A DNA stretch of 64,000 nt from Mytilus trossulus. Its lineage: Eukaryota. This document shows positions 36,389 through 50,235 of this stretch, in pieces. Positions within the stretch are counted from its first letter, which is position 1. Each line of letters opens with the position of its first letter. Below the pieces are notes generated by a model. That model was given only the letters and a program-made list of their open reading frames with translations. It was not told the DNA's origin and did no database searches. Where the stretch lies: positions 73,098,001 through 73,162,000 of the forward strand of contig NC_086381.1 in NCBI RefSeq assembly GCF_036588685.1. Reading direction: 5' to 3'. Position numbers and translations under genes: made by a program.

Positions 36389-37487
36389 ATATTCTTAGTA
36401 TACCTGACCCATACCTGTACTTTTTTTATTGCCTCATTTGTGTGTCTATGCTTTTTCTTCAAGCTTCAATTTTGAGATAACATGCTGCTAAGTACTTAGT
36501 TAACAATTCAAATCAGTTCAGATTTCAATACACAACAAATAAATTATTAAAACTTTGCCTACTCCTACTTGATCAAGTATTAAAGTCTTTGAGCAGAACA
36601 GTCTGTCTGCACAACTTAAAACCATGATTATGATATGACAGATGACTTAAATGTCTAGCAGCAAGTTATATGCTCCTTAGGAACAAGAACAGGCAAATGT
36701 ATACAGTGCATTCACACATCCAAACGGGTTACTTTATAGATTGATAAAATCAAATTTGACCTAAATGAAACAAATTTATTAGATTATATATGATTTTTTG
36801 TATGGCGATTGTTTTTTTTCTACAATGGACTCGTCACCAAACTATGATTGCTAAAAAATCATAAGAGGAGATTGGTTAAAAGTTAGTTATGAATGATGAC
36901 CATTCTTGATTATAACCAAATTAAGAAGCTGGTTAGAATATTATGATTTTTCTGTAAACAATAATAAATTATAAAATAGAGAATGGAAATTGAGAATGTG
37001 TCAAAGGTACAACAACCTTTCAGTAACCAAAGAGTAAAAAACAGGCGACAGCCACCAATGGGTCCTCAACTCTGCGAGAAAATCCTGCATCCAGAAGAGG
37101 ATTCCTTAAAGAAAAAATGTCTACTTGTTCAGTAAAAATGGATGTCATACTTAACTCCTTAACCTATAAATGAACTGAAATTAAAAAATAAATACTTGTT
37201 GTAAGACTAACAAAGGACGGAGGTTCATGACTTGGGTCAGGCGCAAAAAAGTGGCCGGGTTAAACCTCAACTCTTCTTCTATACATTTTTTATAACTCTA
37301 GCTAATGAAGATTATGTTGTGCAAAAAATGGTAATTGTAAATGAAACTCCTTTTTCAGCAGTTCATGTATTTTAAAAATACTCAAATACAATATGTATGT
37401 GTGCACGTGGAACATTGACAAATAAATTTGTTATTATATTATAGTTATTTTAAATTTTCTTTCAGGTAATGAGAATTTTTCAGAACG

Positions 37488-40400
37488 ATGTCATCCAACC
37501 ATGGAAGACATCTTGTAGGACCCCATTTCTCACAAGCTACATCTAAGAAAACAGTGTACCCATTACCACAGCAGTTAGCAGAAAAAGTGATAAAAGATCG
37601 AGGAAGAAATGCTTATGTTGTTGTGTTTGACACCAATGAAACAGTGGACAGTTCGTCTGGTTTGCCAAATTCTGATCGGAACAGTGTTTTGAAGACATCC
37701 TCCAGAATATTAAATGAAACAAATATTAAACAGGAAAATGATTCCTCTTCATTTCAGAAACTTTCAAGATCTAAGTCTACCTCAACTGAGGATGTCAAAA
37801 TCAACTTTTCAAACTTGGAATTTGAAGAATATGATAGCTCGAAGACAGCTGTCAAAGTATTTAGTGACGATGATATTGATATGGAAATTGATAAATGTAC
37901 AGTTAAACAAGAAATTGATGAAGGTTATGAGGAAACACACCATGCAAGGACTAGTGAACCAATTGCAGGTTACATGGTTATTCCGCCATCCTTCTCAACA
38001 CCTATGTCCTCAAAATTTAACTTATCAGGGTCTTCAGGCTACTTCAGTGGTGGCAGTAGTGGTATATATTCACAATTCAACACGCCAAGCCCTCTTCCAA
38101 CACCAGAACAGGGATTTCAACATCCAGCAGCTAGGCAAATTATACTGGTTCCATCCTCAGTTAATTTAGAAGGAAGAAATGTTGTACCTCAATACTCTAA
38201 CATTTCACCTATGTCTTCTTTAGCAGCAGGCCTCCATAATTCTGCAAGAATACAGTCACCTACAGTGTTTTCTACTAAGAAATTTACTGGAGCAGATGCT
38301 TTTTCCTTACCAGAAAATCCACAAGAAAAATTTGTAAATTTGGAACATGATGAAAGTAACAGGCCACCGTCAACAACCTCATTAGAAAGCACATCTAGGT
38401 CATCAACTCCATTCCAGTGGGAACAAGTTGAAAATCGTATAGTCATACAAGCTCCCAATAAAAAACCATTAGATCTTTCACTACCGAATAACAACAGAAC
38501 TGCAGCAGAAGTCCAACAAAGTATTAATGAAGTTCTTAAAGAAATGCAAAAACCAAAAACCACAACATCAAAAATTGGAGAAGTTGTCATTCATTGTGAC
38601 GTAAAACAGAAAGAGACTGTAGTGATGGTACAACAAGGAGACTCATCTAATTACACCATTGGACATCTTCCAATGTCTGACTCTCAAGAATCGATTAACC
38701 CAAGATCTTCTGAAATGTTGCCTCCATGTATAAAACAGGAAACAGATGACATTTATTCCCATGATTCTATTGGTTTTGGGAAATCCCCTGATTCATTTGG
38801 TTTTACTAATTCTCAAGAATCTAATGATTCTGTTGCTGTTCCTATGGAAAAAGGTTTGTCAAGTTGATGTAATTTTTATATTATCATGATAAAAGGGATT
38901 GAACGATTCTTCTAAGAAATACTTTTCGTGGAATATGAAACTGTCATGGTCATTTGTATATATCATAAGGTTTATTATTGCCATGTAACCATTTTACATC
39001 AAATTGCACGCGAGAAACTATACACTATGTTTGAAGACATGTATCATTAAGTGCATTATCAAAAGAGATGAAAATGTACACTCTCAGGGATAAAACAACA
39101 TACATGTAGTGAATGTAAAATCTTTCATTTTATTTTATTTATCTGGATACCTTCAGATCAATTTTAAAGGGCATTCAACTTTTTAGTTTCCTATATAGTA
39201 TCTGTCATTTAATTACTAAAAAAGCATGACATGTACATTTATAAAGATCAGGATTTTTTGTAGAGATCTTAGATACATCATTAACTAACATCCAATGGTT
39301 GGGTGGTATACAGTTGAAGAATCCAACAAAGGCAGACAAACCTGATCCATCAAAGTCCGTCCATAGCGCTACACCTGTACAATGGAAACGAATGAGTACT
39401 GATGACATTACAAGGGTAATTTATTGACGATAAGTAGCTGTTGGGGAAAAGTCTAAACATGCTAAAAGGATAAAAATGCACAATAATACATCCAAAGATA
39501 AAATTTTCAAATGAACATGAAAAAAGGACATAGTTCAAAGCTCTAAACATTTCAAAAATTCCTGTAAAAATACATGTAGTCTGTTTTATGTTGTTTTTTT
39601 TTAAATTTCATGCAAATTAACTTTTATATCAATGGTTTCAAAGATTTCCATGTGAATTTTTTACTCATAAAATATGTGCAAGTTATGAACATCATTCTGA
39701 AAGATAAGTTATACAATTTATCATTTCATTTTATAATACGTAAGATTTCTTTACACCTGTTACAGGTTGCTGCAGAATGTGGTAGGAAGAAAAGACCTCC
39801 ATTTTCTTACATGACCTTGATACAAATGGCTCTGCACAGTAAAGAAGACAAAAGAATGAGATTACGAGACATATGTGCTTGGATAGAAAGTACATTTCCT
39901 TATTACAAATACACTGCCAAACCTGGTTGGAGGGTAGGTCTGCAATTTAGTCTTCCAGCATGAAAAAAAAACTAAATGGGCTACATCTCTAAGAAATTTT
40001 CAACAATGTTTTACAATTGCGTAATGTAATAACTGCTGATCTTCTGACAATCCAATGTATTTTGTATGGAAATAATTAAAAATACTGTATGTTTCATAAG
40101 AATGTATAATTTTGATTTACTGTCAACGATCAGGAGGCAATTCTAAATCATATTTATTTCCATATAAAATACAACTGCTATGACTGCAAATGCTATCTGT
40201 GACAATGTTAAAATGCATAGAAAAGCAAAAGATTGACATAATTTCATGGTTGAATTGAATGAATTCTTCTTTTTTTTATAGGTTGTACCCTAAAAAAATG
40301 TTGATGTCATTATGGTATTTTTCCCAGTTCATACATGTTGTGCTTTGGTCAATATTTTTACATTAAAAAATATTATAAAGATATTCTGAATTAAATATCA

Positions 40401-43400
40401 ATTTAGTCCATGAACATGATGAAAACCACAAATTTACCAAAACAATGATAGTTTTATTCCGTAATCAAAGTGAAAACAAAACAACAATTATTTACCACAA
40501 CACATTTTGCCATATCTATACATGTAAAAGTATAACTTTTCTTTGATTTTTTTTTCAAAATCCAACATGTCAAGAAAAAATCTAAAATACAATGAAATAA
40601 TAACATTATTAGTTTTTAATATTTTTTTTTATCACCAATCAGGATTATGAGCTTTATTGAGAGTGCACATAGAAACAGTTGGCTATTTAAAAATTACTAA
40701 GTTATTGAAGGGTTTTAATTTAACAAAAAAAATTGGAGAACACAGTATAAGACTTAACAAGAATAAAGTTTGTTTTCCCTGCCTTTTCTACTTTAATATA
40801 AGAATAAGAAAGTTTGGTTTGATAGCCAATTAGACAATTTTCCACCAGAGATGATATTATGTAGAAGTTGGCATTAATAGGTCACTGTACAATCTTCAAC
40901 AATGAGCAACACCTATACCACATAACAAGATATAATAGGACCCCATATGCCAGATGACTACTGAATTTCAGGCACTCATAGAAAATGGCAGGTTTTAATA
41001 AACAGTCATAAGATTCTGGCTCTTTAAGTTTTTGTGAGAGTTGAATTTTATACACATTGTTCATTGTCACCTTTTGGTTAGTCATGTATTTAGAACACTT
41101 TTTGTTCTTGTGCTTATAATATATGGCCTCTATCAGATAAAAATCGAGTACTGTAAATATATCAATATATCTGTTATCCTTTTTCAGCTTGAAATATAAT
41201 CTCCATCAAAAGCCTGTAACTGATTGAAAATTGAGTTGTTATAAGAACCCTATAAAACAGACAATAATTCATCTATTATTTGGTATTGGAGCATGATGAA
41301 TGTTTCTGAAACCAATCAAAGTTGTATAGGTGTACATGTTAATGGGCACTTGCATAAAGGTTGATTTCTATACGACAAAGCTCATATGTTGTCCATGTAA
41401 TTACACTTTCTCTAATATTATAAAATGTTTTTCAGAATTCTATCCGACATAATTTGTCATTGTACAGTATTTTTGAAAGAGAAACCAATAAGAAACATGG
41501 TTCCTACTGGACTGTAAGGGATGATTGTCCAGAGAAATTAAAGTCTTGTCCTGTACGAGATACCAAAAAAGGTTTGAACTAACTGAAAAAAAATTCTGTT
41601 CTGCAACTTCATGTCATCCAGAAAACAATATCATACTTAGTAATATTGTATACATTGCTATAAATACTTCTTAGAGTAGACTGAGAATTCTAAACAGAAG
41701 TTGATTTCTATGTCAACTTGTTCCTTGCATATCCAGTTGGTGTTGCAACCAGTGTTTTAAGATGTTCTGTTAGTCATACATGGTATCCAGGGAAGGCATT
41801 TTAAAATGGGGTAACCACCTATAGAAGCTAATTTCCACTATGCGAAAACTAAGTTGACAACCACTGAAAGTTTAAATTTGGAAGTACCTTCCCTGAGTCA
41901 GTCCCATGTATTTTTTTTTAAGGCAAAATCCTGGAACTCATTTTTACATGTGACTTTTTTTGCACCTAAAGATTAAATTTCTACATACATGTTGTTCCAC
42001 TTGAATATTTAAGAATTGTGCAAACAACAGACAAGTTCCATATACACTGTCAGGCCACTTGTAACAGAAGCAGTTTTCACAAACTTTGTGATAATCGGAG
42101 TCAGATATCGTCACTTTTTAACAAAAGTTTTAAAAACATTTCCTTGATATCTTTGTCATTGAGACTCAAATAATACACCAAGGTCTAAATTATTATATTG
42201 TTTTTTTTCCCCGATCCCGACCCTGCCAAGCCATGTGTGGGTAGGTAGGTAGGGAAATAATTTTATTTTTCCAAAAAGCTTGAACAAAATCGTACAATCT
42301 AGCAAGCCAGGAAATTGGAAATGAATAAAATAATATTTGACTTAGTTTTGACAATAAAATTTTATGAGTAGCACTGTTTTTTCAGGGTCGGTCGGGATTG
42401 GGGAAACAAACAATATTTTATTTTAGGCCCAATACAATTATATTTTCATACTGCCATGGCAAAATATGACAAGTCCCTGGACTCAACTTGAATAATCTTT
42501 AACAAGAACCTATTCCAATGATACAAATTAATCAGTGTTCTCCCCAGACATTTCATTTACCATCATGAAAAACAGGAAAATTTTGAACACCATCCTGCTT
42601 TTAAAATTTAAAGCATTACATTCATAATGATCTATAAGAAAACCAAATCAGATAGCATCACTTTAAAAAATATAGCATCACATTACGATACCATGATAAA
42701 AAAGGCCCTGGGGAGAACACTGTAAACAGTTTAAACAGTTTATCATCTTGCTCTCATGTTGCAAAAACAAAATATCAAATAATCAATAAGGAGTCTATGA
42801 AATAAATCCTGAAATTTCTATGAATTTTATAATTTATCAGTAAGATGTGAATCAAATTAAAAAGTTTGTAATTTGTTTGATTTTTTTTTATAGATGAGGT
42901 CAAATCTGATTCCCCTCTTCCTTTTAATGGAATGATACCGGTGATTCCATCATATATACCACAGTCTACAGCTTCAACAACTTGTACAGGAACTCAGGCT
43001 AGAAAAAGAGGTAAAGAAGTTGTGCTGTTAATTCTGCAACTTTTGTGTATGCATTTATTATTTTGGTTGTTAAACAATGGAATAAAATAGAAGATTAACA
43101 ATCAAGATTTCGTGAAATGGTAAAAAAAACAAATAATACCTACAATTTACAATGTGAGTTTTCCTTTTTTGAAATCTATCCAGTTTTTATTTTCGCCAAA
43201 AATCTGTTTTTTGTTGAGAAGTCTTGGTATTAAAGGTGTACATCTTTGCGTTAGAACTATTATATAAAGTATATTTATCAAATTATTGGTCAAATTAATG
43301 AAATTAAATACTGCTAGGAAAGATTAGCTTAGTGTAAAAAATAAAGAAACACAGGAACCTTGCTCAAACTTTTAGTGAGCTTTTATGTATGGCATTGTCA

Positions 43401-46397
43401 GGAATAATAGTTTGTGCTCTACTAATAGACTGGATTTGACAGTTGATCTGAGGAAAAGTACAAATTACAAGTTAAAAATGTGTCTTCCTTCTGAATGAGA
43501 AGAATAAGCCAATTCAGAAAATCAGGACCAAATAGCTATTGTGAGCTTTTCTCTCCAATTTAAATGTTGATTAGATGTATATTTTGCCATATATGCTAAT
43601 ACTATTATATTTGTTTCTTATTATAAGATAAATAGTTGAAAAAATACTGTAAAATAATGCTTTACAGCAGACGTGTGATTGAAGGTTTATTGATCTTGTT
43701 CTTTTATATTTACAGCTGGGCCACAACCAATATTACCTCGGCCCTCGCCTATTGGTAGTGGTGGATCACTACAGACCTATGCCCTGATACCAATACAGAA
43801 TGTACCCAATTCTACAGCACAGAATCAAAATCTTCCTCTTACAAGTTCTCAGGAATCTACATCTAGTGAAAGTATGAAATATTTATTAGTCATATTAGAT
43901 TATATTATACAAGATTTATTGTTTAAATGATATTTCTGGTTAAGGGCATACGATACAGTTACAGGGAAGGTAATGACGTTGCTAACGTAAATTGTTATTT
44001 TCACGACGTCAAACAGTGACTTATCTGGAAAAGAGGCAGTTTTCGGCTGAATTTTATCATTCAAACTGATTTAATTTGAAAACGAGTGCATGGATCCCCA
44101 GTTTTTAAACCGTCATTTTGTTTCATTTTGCAAGGAGATTATGTGGACCAAATTTTATAAAACTGTAAATAGTGCAATTTTTTTAATTTTGATATATACT
44201 TTAACCTATAATGGTTTAATTTTTAAATTGTTATTTGGATGGAGAGTTGTCTCATTGGCACTCACACCACATCTTCCTATATCTATATACAGCAAAAAAT
44301 TACGTTTTTTCTCATTTCATGACCATTTGATAAATATGAGTTATTTCTGAACAAAAAAATGCATTAATTTTTTAGAATACTTATAAAATACAGAAATTAC
44401 AAATTATTTAACAAAAAACAATTTGTGTTTATCTTTTGAAACAAAAAAGTTATGTCTTTCTTTCGAAAAGAAAAATACAGCCACAAATCCGAATTTTGAG
44501 CAAATATACAAAATATCGACCTCATTTAACTCAAAAAGTTGCACATGAAGGTATATTTTTTATTACATATTTGATTTAATTGGGTAAAAAATAGCCTTTA
44601 TGCAAATTTTTATCAACTTGTAAATACAAGATCAAAACTGTATCATATGCCCTTTATACTGCACTGTTGATTTATTTTAACTCATAAAATGAAGGAACAA
44701 ATTGGTGATTCTAAATAGAAAAGGTATGGTTGGGAGATTATTTGGCCCTGTCAATTGACTAAAAGAAGAATGGTTGGATGATATCACAGTTATATTTTAA
44801 CCTGCTAAATGTTGTCCTTTATAAAAAAAAAAAAATGTTGGGAATTGCTTTGCCTTGATGATGCAAATTGATTTTAATGTCATAATAATTTTTTTCATCA
44901 AAAACGTTTATTTTCAAGATTTTTTGTTTCTAATTAGTATAGGGCACACATCAGTCAAAACCATTCTTTTGAAACAACAAGAAGATAAATATTAAATACA
45001 CCTCCTGTATTGATATCTTTGGCAGCGATTATGCTCTATCTTTTCTTAGCATCTGTTTGTCAAATTCACAATCTGTTTGATAAGTCTTCATCAACTGTCT
45101 TTTCATGGCTGTTTTACGAATAAACTGGAGATATTTTTCAGTTCTTTCTTATACTACAATGATTCAACTTTTCTGTCTGCAAATTAAGAAACTTGGAAAT
45201 ACAATTCAAACTTGCCTTTTCCCATCATCATTTATGATAAATAATACAATCTTATAGAAAGTTCATGAAAAGTAAACAAACTTGCAAATGAAATCATTCA
45301 CTGAAATTTAGATTACTTGCAAATGTTTGGTTTTTTTTTAATCTTTTTTTTTCCAAGTTTCTTAAATTGAAATTTCTTATTAAATATGATTTCATTGTAC
45401 AATTTATCAGTTTTATAAACATTATTTGTTTTAGTAATCTACCTGACTGTTGAAGCATCCACATTTACTTCTATACAGGCTTTAATTTTCATCTTCAAAT
45501 ATGTTCAGATATATTATTTTGTTTGAATAAAGAAAATTTTAACCTAATGAAAAGGGAAATTGTTTCTTGTATAAATTATTTCTATTATTTTTATCTGTTT
45601 CAGATTCTCAGTCCGATTCAAAGAAAGGCAATAAAACCAGAAAGATTGCTCCAAAATTGTCTCCTTCATTACTGTTGTCCCCACCAAACATTGTCAAACA
45701 GGCATGGCTTGATTCGCAGGCTCTGAGCAGTAGTGAGGCTGAAGGTCTAGGTGAAAGTAATAAAAGTGACAATGAAACATGTGCCAAAAGAGCCAGAACA
45801 GGCTTGCCTCAACCAAAACTATATTCCAAAGATCCTCAACCTGTTAGACGAACTAGATCTAGACGGAAGCAGAAGTTAGTTCCCAAAGAACGTGAATTAA
45901 TGCAAGATAGTTCAGATGAAGAAACTGAATATGCAAAGTTTGTGTCACGATTAGAAGAAGAACTTCCGACTCCGATGAGGAAATTACTCGATGAAAATGT
46001 TGAGAAATGTGATGAATCAAGTGCAATAACCTCTACTCCTCTTAAACACTCGGGATTCTTACCTCAGATGCCTTCACCTTTCTCAGGACTTACACCGCTA
46101 AAAAATGAAAATATTTTGGATAATAGCTTCCTAGAATGTTTGAGAGGTTCCCCAAAAATGACAACCAAAAAGTCCCCATCATCATCTTCCAGTTCTTCAC
46201 CAAAATTAGACTTGAATTTCATTGGTCTAACACCTATTAAGATTAGTAACCATGACAATTCTTATAATCTGTCCAAGTTTTTAGCTGAGTATCCCTTGGA
46301 TGCTAATATGGTTGATGATGCAGATGTGTTGCCGGTTGATCTATCTGCTTTGAACTGGAGTGCCGTACAAAATATGTTGCCTTTGGATAATAGCTGA
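37488..46397 (+). CDS. FOXM1: Forkhead box M1 orthologue, ~962 aa, 7 coding exons
   Basis: Exons 37488-38853, 39264-39415, 39766-39933, 41436-41571, 42894-43010, 43716-43871, 45604-46397; all GT-AG with consistent phase (2889 nt). SLTNIQWL motif; forkhead RPPFSYMTLIQMAL...KRMRLRDI..WIE..FPYYK..AKPGWRNSIRHNLSL...F.RE....SYWT (AKPGW is FoxM-type); QPILPR; C-terminal TPxK CDK sites and LSKFL...LNWS tail. Confidence 0.92.
42181..42430. mobile_element. Intronic MITE
   Basis: Inverted arms ttccccgatcccgaccctg / cagggtcggtcgggattggggaaa. Confidence 0.65.
42533..42722. mobile_element. Intronic MITE with hAT-like termini
   Basis: 15-bp perfect TIR CAGTGTTCTCCCCAG / CTGGGGAGAACACTG; no clear 8-bp TSD. 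Confidence 0.75.
43944..44652. mobile_element. Intronic non-autonomous DNA transposon with a nested family A fragment (~44200-44288)
   Basis: TIR GGGCATACGATACAGTT / AACTGTATCATATGCCC, flanks TTAA/TTTA. Confidence 0.75.
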
Positions 46398-49300
46398 TTT
46401 TGTTAAAGGCTGGTTCAGAAATGAATATCTGTAGGGGATAGACAGTCTGAAGTCAGGACAGTGTCATTTGAATAAAGATTTACAAAGAATTGAAAAGCAA
46501 GTTGTAAAGTGTAAATGTGGGCTAACTGTTATATTTCAAAATTCAAAGCAATAATAATTTAAACTCTGTCATTTTCAGACTCAAATCATTTTTGTTTGTT
46601 TGTGAAGCCTATGTTACTAACACAACATTTGCTTATATATTTTTATTGACATCTTCAAATGCTAATGTAGTTCTGATTTTGAACCCTTCAACATTGTTAA
46701 AAATACAGAAAATTGAACCTTTTATTTTGTAGCGACTTCAAACCATGTAAAGTTAAAAAAATGTAGCTGAAAAGTAATTTATTTATAGATATGTACATGA
46801 AGTAGAAACAAACACAACTACAGATCTTAGTCTAAGAACAGTTCATGAAAAAAAAATCCAAAACAAACAAAAGTCTGTGGGACTATATAGACTCATAATA
46901 AAGATATAAACAGATTAAAACAAACAATTTTCATAATAATTTTAAATATTATGGGTGGTTGGAGTCTAGAAAATGTGCCTCCTGTGTACTTAATTCTGAA
47001 ACAGGCCTATAGCTATTAAAAGTAGAAAAATTCTAATGCGTGATATATATGTACTTTATATTTTGTCTGTTATTATTAAACAGCAGATCTGACAGACATG
47101 CCTGTTAAAAGTATTATTCAATGAATTTAACCTGATTGGGCCTGGTTTATATAGGTTACATTGTAGTTTTTGAAAAGGAAACCTTTTGGGTTATAACTTA
47201 TAGTAATACTCACATTTTGTGATACATTTCTCTATTTATGTGAATTAGATGATTAGAAATCAGTAATGTTATTTACTTTTTGTTTACTTTTTTTCATAAA
47301 AGTCATTGGGTAATGAGCCACATCAGGTCAGGTAAAATTAATGGAATAATATTTATGTCTGTTCTATATCTGTATGAGTGTACCACTTTATATTATGTTG
47401 TATGAGTGTACCACTTTATATTATGTCTGACAATACTAGTAAATTGTTATTTAAAGGAAACAAAACAGTCATCGATTATATGTTATGTAGTAGAAGTGCA
47501 TAAACAAATGAAATCCAGTAAAGGCAATGCAATTAGAAATAAGAATATAATTAACACTGGCTTTATATCACATTTGTATGAACAAAAGTTACATTCCATG
47601 TAGATCCTTATTTATTGAAGAAATTTTGATTTGAATGCTGTTGTTTTTTTACTCCTTCAATAAATTATATGTACGACATATAAAGTGTATTAAGTAAACT
47701 GAAGAATATCCTGTTTATTTTATTTGAGGGAGGTATAGACACTGCAAATGAAAAAGGCAGTCAAGTTTATACTAACTATCTGACCAAAATACAATATGTA
47801 AATTAGGGGAGATAATCTACTTTGTTTAATATCATTCTTATAGCTGCTTTCCTTAACTGCACAGCAAATCTAAAAGAAAAATTAAAACCACAATTCATAT
47901 TAAGTGAATGGAAGGTTAGAATTACTGTACACTTCAAAATGTTTTCACTCTGTAAGAACAACCTTTGTGATTATTTCATGAATTTAGTATTATTTAGAAC
48001 ATATGAATTAAATACTATGTTTTTACAATATTTGTAAGTGTATTGTACAACCAGTTCAAATGTTGCTTTTAATTAAGTTAGATTGGCTGTATGTGTTTCA
48101 TGTTCATTTTGCATTTAATAAACAAAACAATATAAACTTTTACTTAATTATTTGGTTATTTAGATTAGGTTTCAGAAATAGTAATGATATCTTCAAATAT
48201 TGTCATTTTAAATATTTTGTGAACATATCATCATAATAAGGTCCTGATAGCTTTAGAATTTTTTTTGATATTTTCTTTTTTCAAAACTCTAGGTCTTTGT
48301 GATATTAACTGGAGAAGGTTATTCCAGATTCACCCTTTGTTTTTAGTGATATATCAACTTTTTGTTGAAAAATCCAAAACATATTTGAACTACTCATTAT
48401 TTTCATTGAAATAAAAAAAAAACAGCAGTAAAGTTTTTGTAATTTTTACTGGTTGTACATTATATAGTTATTTGAATCTGTAATTTTGAACAAGACTGTT
48501 ATTGTATCTCTGTTATCAAACACATGTACTTGTAATTATCATTATAGAAGTAATTGTAAAATTGATATTTCAGAAACAATTTGATTTAATCTTTAATATT
48601 TATATTATTTTAATATTTACAATGAGTCTTTATATAAAGACTAATTCCTCTGTAATTGCTAGAATATTTGTTATAACAGACTTTTACATCAATTCCTATA
48701 AAAAGTTGTTCTCATATTGAAGTGTGTGCCATTATGGATACATGGTAATAACAATTTAGCAGATTTTTATTCAGATATAGGGTTTATTTTTATTGACTGT
48801 AAGTTGGAATATTTCAATTCAGATTTTATAAGTTTACATCTAAAAGGATAATATGTTCTATGCTAGAAGTGCTTCCATCCTTTCTTTAGAATTCATGTTT
48901 CTAAAAACAAATTGGACGATATATCACTCTAATTTTTCATATTTGTTAGTTTTTAAAGAATTTAACTTTACAAATCAAACCCCAATTTTGCAAAGGTTGG
49001 CTAATCTTGAAAGAGATCAATTTAAGGAAGGAAGGAAGTCACATTTAAGGTAGCAAGTCACAGTTAGTGGACATGAAAGTTATATATTATGTTTAGATCT
49101 GTCTTCATTCAATTCTTTGTTTTGGTTTCCCCTCTACATACTTTATTTTTTCTACCAAATATTTTTGTTTTTGACTTTGTACTGCTGTTGTACAAAGACT
49201 GGCTGTTTCTGATTATTTGTTACAGTTGTTTACTATTATATGTCTTAGCTTCAGAATGATATCAGACGACAAGAAATTATTACATGTGTTTTTTTTCTGA

Positions 49301-50002
49301 TATTGCATCAAACATGGCTGCTGTGATAATTAAACTGGTTACCATGAAGAACTGCTTTTTGAAGATGCCCATTCAAGTAAATGCCCTATAGCTATTCTGT
49401 GACAATTTCTTTTAAAATCTGTCACAAATGTAAGTTTTATAAGAAATCTGAAAATATAATTAAAAATTCTTTATCATTAGAAACTCCACAATACATATGT
49501 TATTTTATATTATTTCAAACTTTTGCAATACAAAATTTTCTTAAGATGCATTAACCCATTTAGTTTTTTTTTATGAAATTCTTTCTAAAGCATGGAGTGA
49601 TGAGAAACATCTTTTTATTGTGGTGTTTTCAGAACCTGTTGATTACGACTGAATTTTTATGGGCACATAATGCAGATTTGTATGTATGAAATTCTGACCT
49701 TAGATTTGAATATTCTAATGAGAGCAAAATAGAATTTTAGTGAATTCATTTTTATGTTGTTATGTTGCTTCATCTGGCAGCAGTTAATCAATAAAATATA
49801 CATGATATTGTTTTATTGAACTTATTATAAATATCCCTGCCTCAAAGTGGGTGCAGTTAGATTCATTTATTTTCGTGGATTGAGGAGAACTTGCATCTTT
49901 TGTGGATATATGATTTGATGGTTTTGCCAAAATCTGCATACAACATTCTATAAAATTTGTAATTTGTTGAACATTTAAAATTGTGGTTCACGGGTACACA
50001 CA

Positions 50003-50235
50003 AATAGTTATCAAAGGTACCAGGATTATAAATTTGTACGCCAGACGTGCATTTCGTCTACACAAGACTCATCAGTGACGCTCATATCAAAATATTTATA
50101 AAGCCAAAAAAGTACAAAGTTGAAGAGCATTAAGGATCCAAAATTCCAAAAAAGTTGTGCCAAATACGGCTAAGGTAATCTATGCCTGGGATAAGAAAAT
50201 CCTTAGTTTTTCGAAAAAATCGAAGGTTTTAAAAA
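50003..50235 (-). mobile_element. Hammerhead-bearing short repeat (retrozyme / Penelope-terminal-repeat-like)
   Basis: Homologous to 17768-17965 and 18463-18565; inserted in another repeat. Confidence 0.75.
50038..50081 (-). ncRNA. Minimal type-I hammerhead ribozyme with intact catalytic core
   Basis: GCGTCA-CTGATGA-GTCT(tgtgt)AGAC-GAAA-TGCAC-GTC^TGGCGT; stems I and II pair; predicted cut between 50044 and 50043. Confidence 0.8.

Noticed and set aside
37714-38590. Alternative-frame and antisense ORFs within FOXM1 exon 1
   Set aside because: Overlap the main exon with no independent signal.
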